From contig CM059432.1 of the NCBI GenBank assembly GCA_030390025.1, positions 8,618,001 to 8,682,000 of the forward strand: DNA of 64,000 bases, written 5' to 3'. The DNA is from Squalus acanthias (lineage: Eukaryota). The notes below the pieces were generated by a model that saw only the letters and a program-made list of their open reading frames with translations, was not told where the DNA came from and did not search any database. Both the position numbers and the translations under genes were made by a program. Each line of letters starts with the position of its first letter. Position 1 is the stretch's first letter. Of this stretch, positions 61,557 through 64,000 are shown in pieces.

Positions 61557-63665
61557 ATGGGGGCTTGGTGGACGGCCGTGACAGCGATCACCCTCCTGAC
61601 AATTACGGTAGCGTGGAAGGCGCCCACCGTGCACATCGATAAAAGTACTTGTTTGCATCCAGGACAATACATGCAACTGCCACAGGGGGGAAAAGGGGAA
61701 TGGGTAAAGAAACCCAATATATGGATCACGGACCAGGTCACCGCACGTACCCATACGACCAAGGTATGGAAAATAAATCCCAAATGTAATATGGGACAAG
61801 GATACTGGGACCCTATCTGTGGCAGCAACCATGAACTGTCCACCCCCGGACAACCAGTCCGATTGGCACGGCCTCCCTGCCCATCACAAAGGGTAAGATC
61901 GGGGTACGGCGCCCCGGGCGGTTGGTCATATGAACTTGAGGTCCGTCCCGGCACCACGCGAGCAGACTCCTTCAACTCGGTCTGGATCCCCGTTATCGGA
62001 CCCAGAAGTGACAATTATACCCAACTACAAACTAGTGTGGATACTGATGGAGATATAACGGTCACCGGCATATATGATGAGGCCACGGGACTGGGACGTT
62101 GGTTATACTCCTGCTCGCCGCACGAGGGGCAGCGCGGAAAAACGATAGGTTTGGTCATCAGTACCGTCAACATTATAGCAGGGTGGACTAAATTACCCCC
62201 ATTCATTTGGGAACCAGGACTTGAGGGACAATATTGCCAAGAATTGTGTAGCGATGTTCTTAAGCGGTTGGGATGTACTGATATAAGATGCTTTCATTTA
62301 ACAACATGTGGATATCAAAAGCCGTCGCGGTGTCCCACCACGGTGCCACCTCCAACGGATGGCATGATCAGGGTCGGGGGCCCGAAGGCACTCTTACATG
62401 ATGTAACTATGGTCACTTTAGAAGTAACCTATAACCTGAGCAGTATAGTGCCGGCGTTAGAGGCCAATTGTGGTGATCACCCAGCATCAATTACTTGGGC
62501 AAAGCATAAATTGCAGCGATTACTCAGTGATTATAAGGACCGCATAGCCCCCGAAGTAGGGGCCTCCAAGGGGCGACAGGGACGGAGTATATTAGGGGAA
62601 GTGGGGGGCTTGTTTGGAAGTGCCAACTCGGTCCTAAATTCATGGCAAGTCACGGGCCTGGATAGCTATGCCTCCAGGGTGGCGCAGGAAAGCGCCAAGG
62701 GCCTGCGCTTCACAGCTCAGGGAACGGAGTATGCGCTTACGGCAGTAGAAGTGCTTGGAACCGGGTTACAGAGAGGTATAGAGGACCTAGGGAAAGTCGT
62801 AATAAAGGCGACTGATTTGCAGTCCAAGGGCCGAGCATGTGTCATGCTGGCTCGGGACTTGATTGACAGTGTTGAATCAGACATTGAAGACATCAGGTTT
62901 GGGACGGTGCCCCGTCATGCGCAGAAGGAAGTCAGCAGTCTCAATCTGATTAACTGGGAGGAAGATAGACAGGAGCTCTTGGTAACCCGCCCAGCAGGCG
63001 GGGGGACTGCGGATGCATTTAGATTTCTAATGATGATGCCACAGGGGCACAAGAATGGGACATATCAGGGGGGATGTAAAGTAGAGTCTCTGGGAGTGGT
63101 CAGAGGCGAATCGGCATACCGGGTGGGTACCCGTGGATACGTAGTACCTGGCAAGAATGGCATCCTCCTGATGACCACGGATGAGTGCTGTACTGAATCA
63201 GAGCACTACATCGTGTGTACCTGTAACACCCTGAAACCGATAGATGAGGGCTCAGCAGTGGTGGTGATGGTAGAGCCTCTGGAAGGAGTCTTTCGGGCGA
63301 TTCAGGCATCTCTGACTCAGTGGTGTTTTCTGACCGACGAGAAGAACTACCTCTACGGAGGATTGGTATGTGCAAATAATCATACGTTTTGCCTTCAAGT
63401 TTCAGACTCTCTCACCGTGGGAGATTTCCATCTCCCAGGCAGAACCCTCGCCGGCCTGGTCTTCAGCCCATGGTGGGATGACGAGTTGAGTGTGGATGAT
63501 ACACCAGGGAGGGCCGCTAGGGTGGCGGTGGAACAGGCCTTGAAAGCCACAATGGAATACATTACACGGAGTAAACAGGCCCTCACAAGAGGAAGAGTGG
63601 AGGTGGACTTGACCAAAAGAACGGCTAGAGGCTGGGAGCTAAAAGGCAGGGACCTTCAGCCATAG
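61557..63665 (+). CDS. env: ERV envelope glycoprotein, 702-aa open ectodomain
   Basis: Kozak ACAATGG, N-terminal signal peptide, Cys-rich SU, RQGR cleavage site (62574-85), fusion-peptide-like SILGEVGGLFG, heptad region, Cys-rich domain; follows integrase. Confidence 0.9.
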   Translation: MGAWWTAVTAITLLTITVAWKAPTVHIDKSTCLHPGQYMQLPQGGKGEWVKKPNIWITDQVTARTHTTKVWKINPKCNMGQGYWDPICGSNHELSTPGQPVRLARPPCPSQRVRSGYGAPGGWSYELEVRPGTTRADSFNSVWIPVIGPRSDNYTQLQTSVDTDGDITVTGIYDEATGLGRWLYSCSPHEGQRGKTIGLVISTVNIIAGWTKLPPFIWEPGLEGQYCQELCSDVLKRLGCTDIRCFHLTTCGYQKPSRCPTTVPPPTDGMIRVGGPKALLHDVTMVTLEVTYNLSSIVPALEANCGDHPASITWAKHKLQRLLSDYKDRIAPEVGASKGRQGRSILGEVGGLFGSANSVLNSWQVTGLDSYASRVAQESAKGLRFTAQGTEYALTAVEVLGTGLQRGIEDLGKVVIKATDLQSKGRACVMLARDLIDSVESDIEDIRFGTVPRHAQKEVSSLNLINWEEDRQELLVTRPAGGGTADAFRFLMMMPQGHKNGTYQGGCKVESLGVVRGESAYRVGTRGYVVPGKNGILLMTTDECCTESEHYIVCTCNTLKPIDEGSAVVVMVEPLEGVFRAIQASLTQWCFLTDEKNYLYGGLVCANNHTFCLQVSDSLTVGDFHLPGRTLAGLVFSPWWDDELSVDDTPGRAARVAVEQALKATMEYITRSKQALTRGRVEVDLTKRTARGWELKGRDLQP

Positions 63666-63883
63666 GCTCAGGCCAAAGACAGCCTGACTGGTGGGACATA
63701 GGTAGAATGGCAGCCGCCATCGCCTCCATGCTCGTCCTTATTATCAGTATATGCATCTGTTGCTATCAAAAATGGATGATATCCCAAGTGGTGAAGATGT
63801 CAAATAGGGGAAACGCCCCGGTGTCAGAAGCCAAGGTGCCACTCTCAGAGACTGGGGAAAAGTGGGACGCGTATGCTCTATAA
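63629..63883 (+). pseudogene. env: Frameshifted Env C-terminus (membrane-proximal region, TM helix, cytoplasmic tail)
   Basis: -1 frame reads RLGAKRQGPSAIGSGQRQPDWWDIGRMAAAIASMLVLIISICICCYQKWMISQ...DAYAL* with TAA at 63881-83. Confidence 0.88.
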
Positions 63884-64000
63884 ATCTGGCCGACTGGGTC
63901 CCAAGCACAACCAATGTCACTAGGACATCGGTGAGGCTGGAAGAGGGCCATGTAATTTATGGATTTGACACTTGCGGGAGTCCAGTTGGATCCCTGGACA

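Larger units (their letters stand above)
52460..64000 (+). mobile_element. Endogenous retrovirus (non-gamma/beta type; class III/SnRV-like or lokiretrovirus-like); 3' LTR beyond the window
   Basis: LTR-PBS-gag-pro-RT-tether-RNase H-IN-env order; dual RNase H architecture typical of Retroviridae. Confidence 0.95.

Noticed and set aside
63629..63662. Programmed -1 frameshift producing membrane-bound Env
   Set aside because: No X XXY YYZ slippery heptamer in the overlap; a mutation or assembly indel is simpler
52460..64000. Assignment as a true foamy virus
   Set aside because: PBS is tRNA-Ser rather than Lys, the LTR is short, and Env has a simple N-terminal signal peptide; accessory genes cannot be assessed because the window ends

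Overview
Eukaryotic, almost entirely transposon-derived DNA. The repeat families (Deu-domain/SacSINE1-like SINEs, an HE1-like SINE, CR1 and L2 LINEs) point to a cartilaginous fish (shark); this is an inference. No host protein-coding gene is supportable. From left to right: a decayed PIF/Harbinger transposon (about 407-10460) holds a solo LTR (519-7123) inflated by a 5-kb GA-rich minisatellite. Many CR1/L2/SINE fragments and Harbinger-type MITEs with 3-bp TSDs follow, along with a second probable long solo LTR (about 19.75-21.5 kb) and a full-span but decayed Gypsy element (27666-32421, minus). Several short Penelope-type insertions carry minimal hammerhead ribozymes. From about 52460 to the window end lies an endogenous retrovirus: 5' LTR, tRNA-Ser PBS, short gag, pro-RT-tether-RNase H-IN, and env. 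The most notable object is this ERV. Its Env is not gamma-type but has a long cysteine-rich fusion subunit of F-protein/spuma-like layout, and is open for 702 codons. One frameshift separates it from its transmembrane anchor, so the present ORF would encode a soluble ectodomain. Coordinates were read by eye; family assignments rest on motif recognition, not database searches.
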